From assembly GCA_021738535.1 (NCBI GenBank), contig JAIPBU010000004.1, forward strand, positions 36,573 to 100,572: a stretch of 64,000 nucleotides of DNA, given 5' to 3'. The first letter of the stretch is position 1. Each line of letters begins with the position of its first letter. Position numbers and translations under genes: made by a program. Below are positions 63,681 through 64,000 of this stretch, piece after piece. This DNA comes from Bacteroidales bacterium. GTDB lineage: Bacteria > Bacteroidota > Bacteroidia > Bacteroidales > VadinHA17. The notes beneath the pieces are model-generated. The model was not told the origin of the DNA, did not search any database, and saw only the letters and a program-made list of their open reading frames with translations.

Positions 63681-64000
63681 ATGAAGAAATTACAATTCAG
63701 AGCATATTTGCTCCTGGCTTTTACAATCTTCCTGACTTATGCATCATATTCACAGGGTCATGATCAATTAATGCTTGAAGACATTTATAAAAACAGGGTT
63801 TACACCCAGGACCGTTTTGGTCCTGTTAGGTGGATGAAAGACTCAGAGGGTTATTCAACACTCGAGTATAACAGTGAAACCGGTGCACCCGACATAGTGA
63901 GGTATGATGCAGCTACAGGACAAAGAAAAGTGCTGATATCAAGTCAGCAGCTGATCCCCGCAGGAGAAGATCATCCTCTCAGGATTGCTGATTACACATG
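63681..64000 (+). CDS. 3'-truncated CDS; S9-family dipeptidyl-peptidase IV-like protein (N-terminal part)
   Basis: Not in the ORF track because no stop falls in the window. My hand translation gives MKKLQFRAYLLLAFTIFLTYASYSQGHDQLMLEDIYKNRVYTQDRFGPVRWMKDSEGYSTLEY..., with no stop to nt 64000. A signal peptide plus an LEDIY...F..VRWM pattern is typical of DPP-IV N-termini. Confidence 0.6.
   Translation, partial: MKKLQFRAYLLLAFTIFLTYASYSQGHDQLMLEDIYKNRVYTQDRFGPVRWMKDSEGYSTLEYNSETGAPDIVRYDAATGQRKVLISSQQLIPAGEDHPLRIADYT

Overview
This window looks like a Bacteroidota chromosome, from a gliding-motility lineage outside the genus Bacteroides. The lineage call rests on the protein families and on repeated matches to the TAnnTTTG -7 promoter box. 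The window is densely coding and mostly core housekeeping.

Gene content:
- Translation and replication: pheT, dnaN plus an epsilon-like exonuclease, tRNA-Ser(UGA), HU and TrmH.
- Envelope: lpxB, a SpoIID-domain protein, a fused GldF-GldG gliding ABC component followed by a DUF4340-like gene, an MsbA-like exporter, plsY, and two solitary MacB/FtsX-type permeases.
- Central C3/C4 metabolism: pckA, ppdK, aspA, two aminotransferases and purB.
- Futalosine-route menaquinone genes: mqnA and a UbiA-type prenyltransferase.
- Chaperone and peptidases: htpG, M14, M28, an NfeD protease and a partial DPP-IV-like gene.
- Four secreted or lipoprotein glycoside hydrolases (GH127-like, GH2, GH106-like, GH95), scattered with no SusC/SusD genes.

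I found no rRNA, CRISPR array, cas genes, transposase, integrase, phage genes or recognisable defence genes. Gene content therefore marks this as an ordinary core region rather than an accessory island, and no protein-coding cluster here convincingly looks like a new system.

The least explained feature is non-coding. A modular, GC-rich intergenic repeat family occurs at three loci (26.10-26.62 kb, 35.87-36.18 kb, 46.74-46.93 kb). It contains stretches identical between loci, tandem 32-nt units, four back-to-back microsatellites and hexamer arrays. Each locus also carries one ATG-initiated minus-strand micro-ORF. Separately, many gene 3' ends carry short word-like tandem or inverted repeats (CCATTAAT, ACTCATTCAA, CAATTGA words).

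Several ORF-track start codons appear too far upstream, because the predicted N-termini run through terminators, repeats or promoter boxes. I give revised starts for these. All family assignments come from motif recognition by eye and memory; no searches were run.
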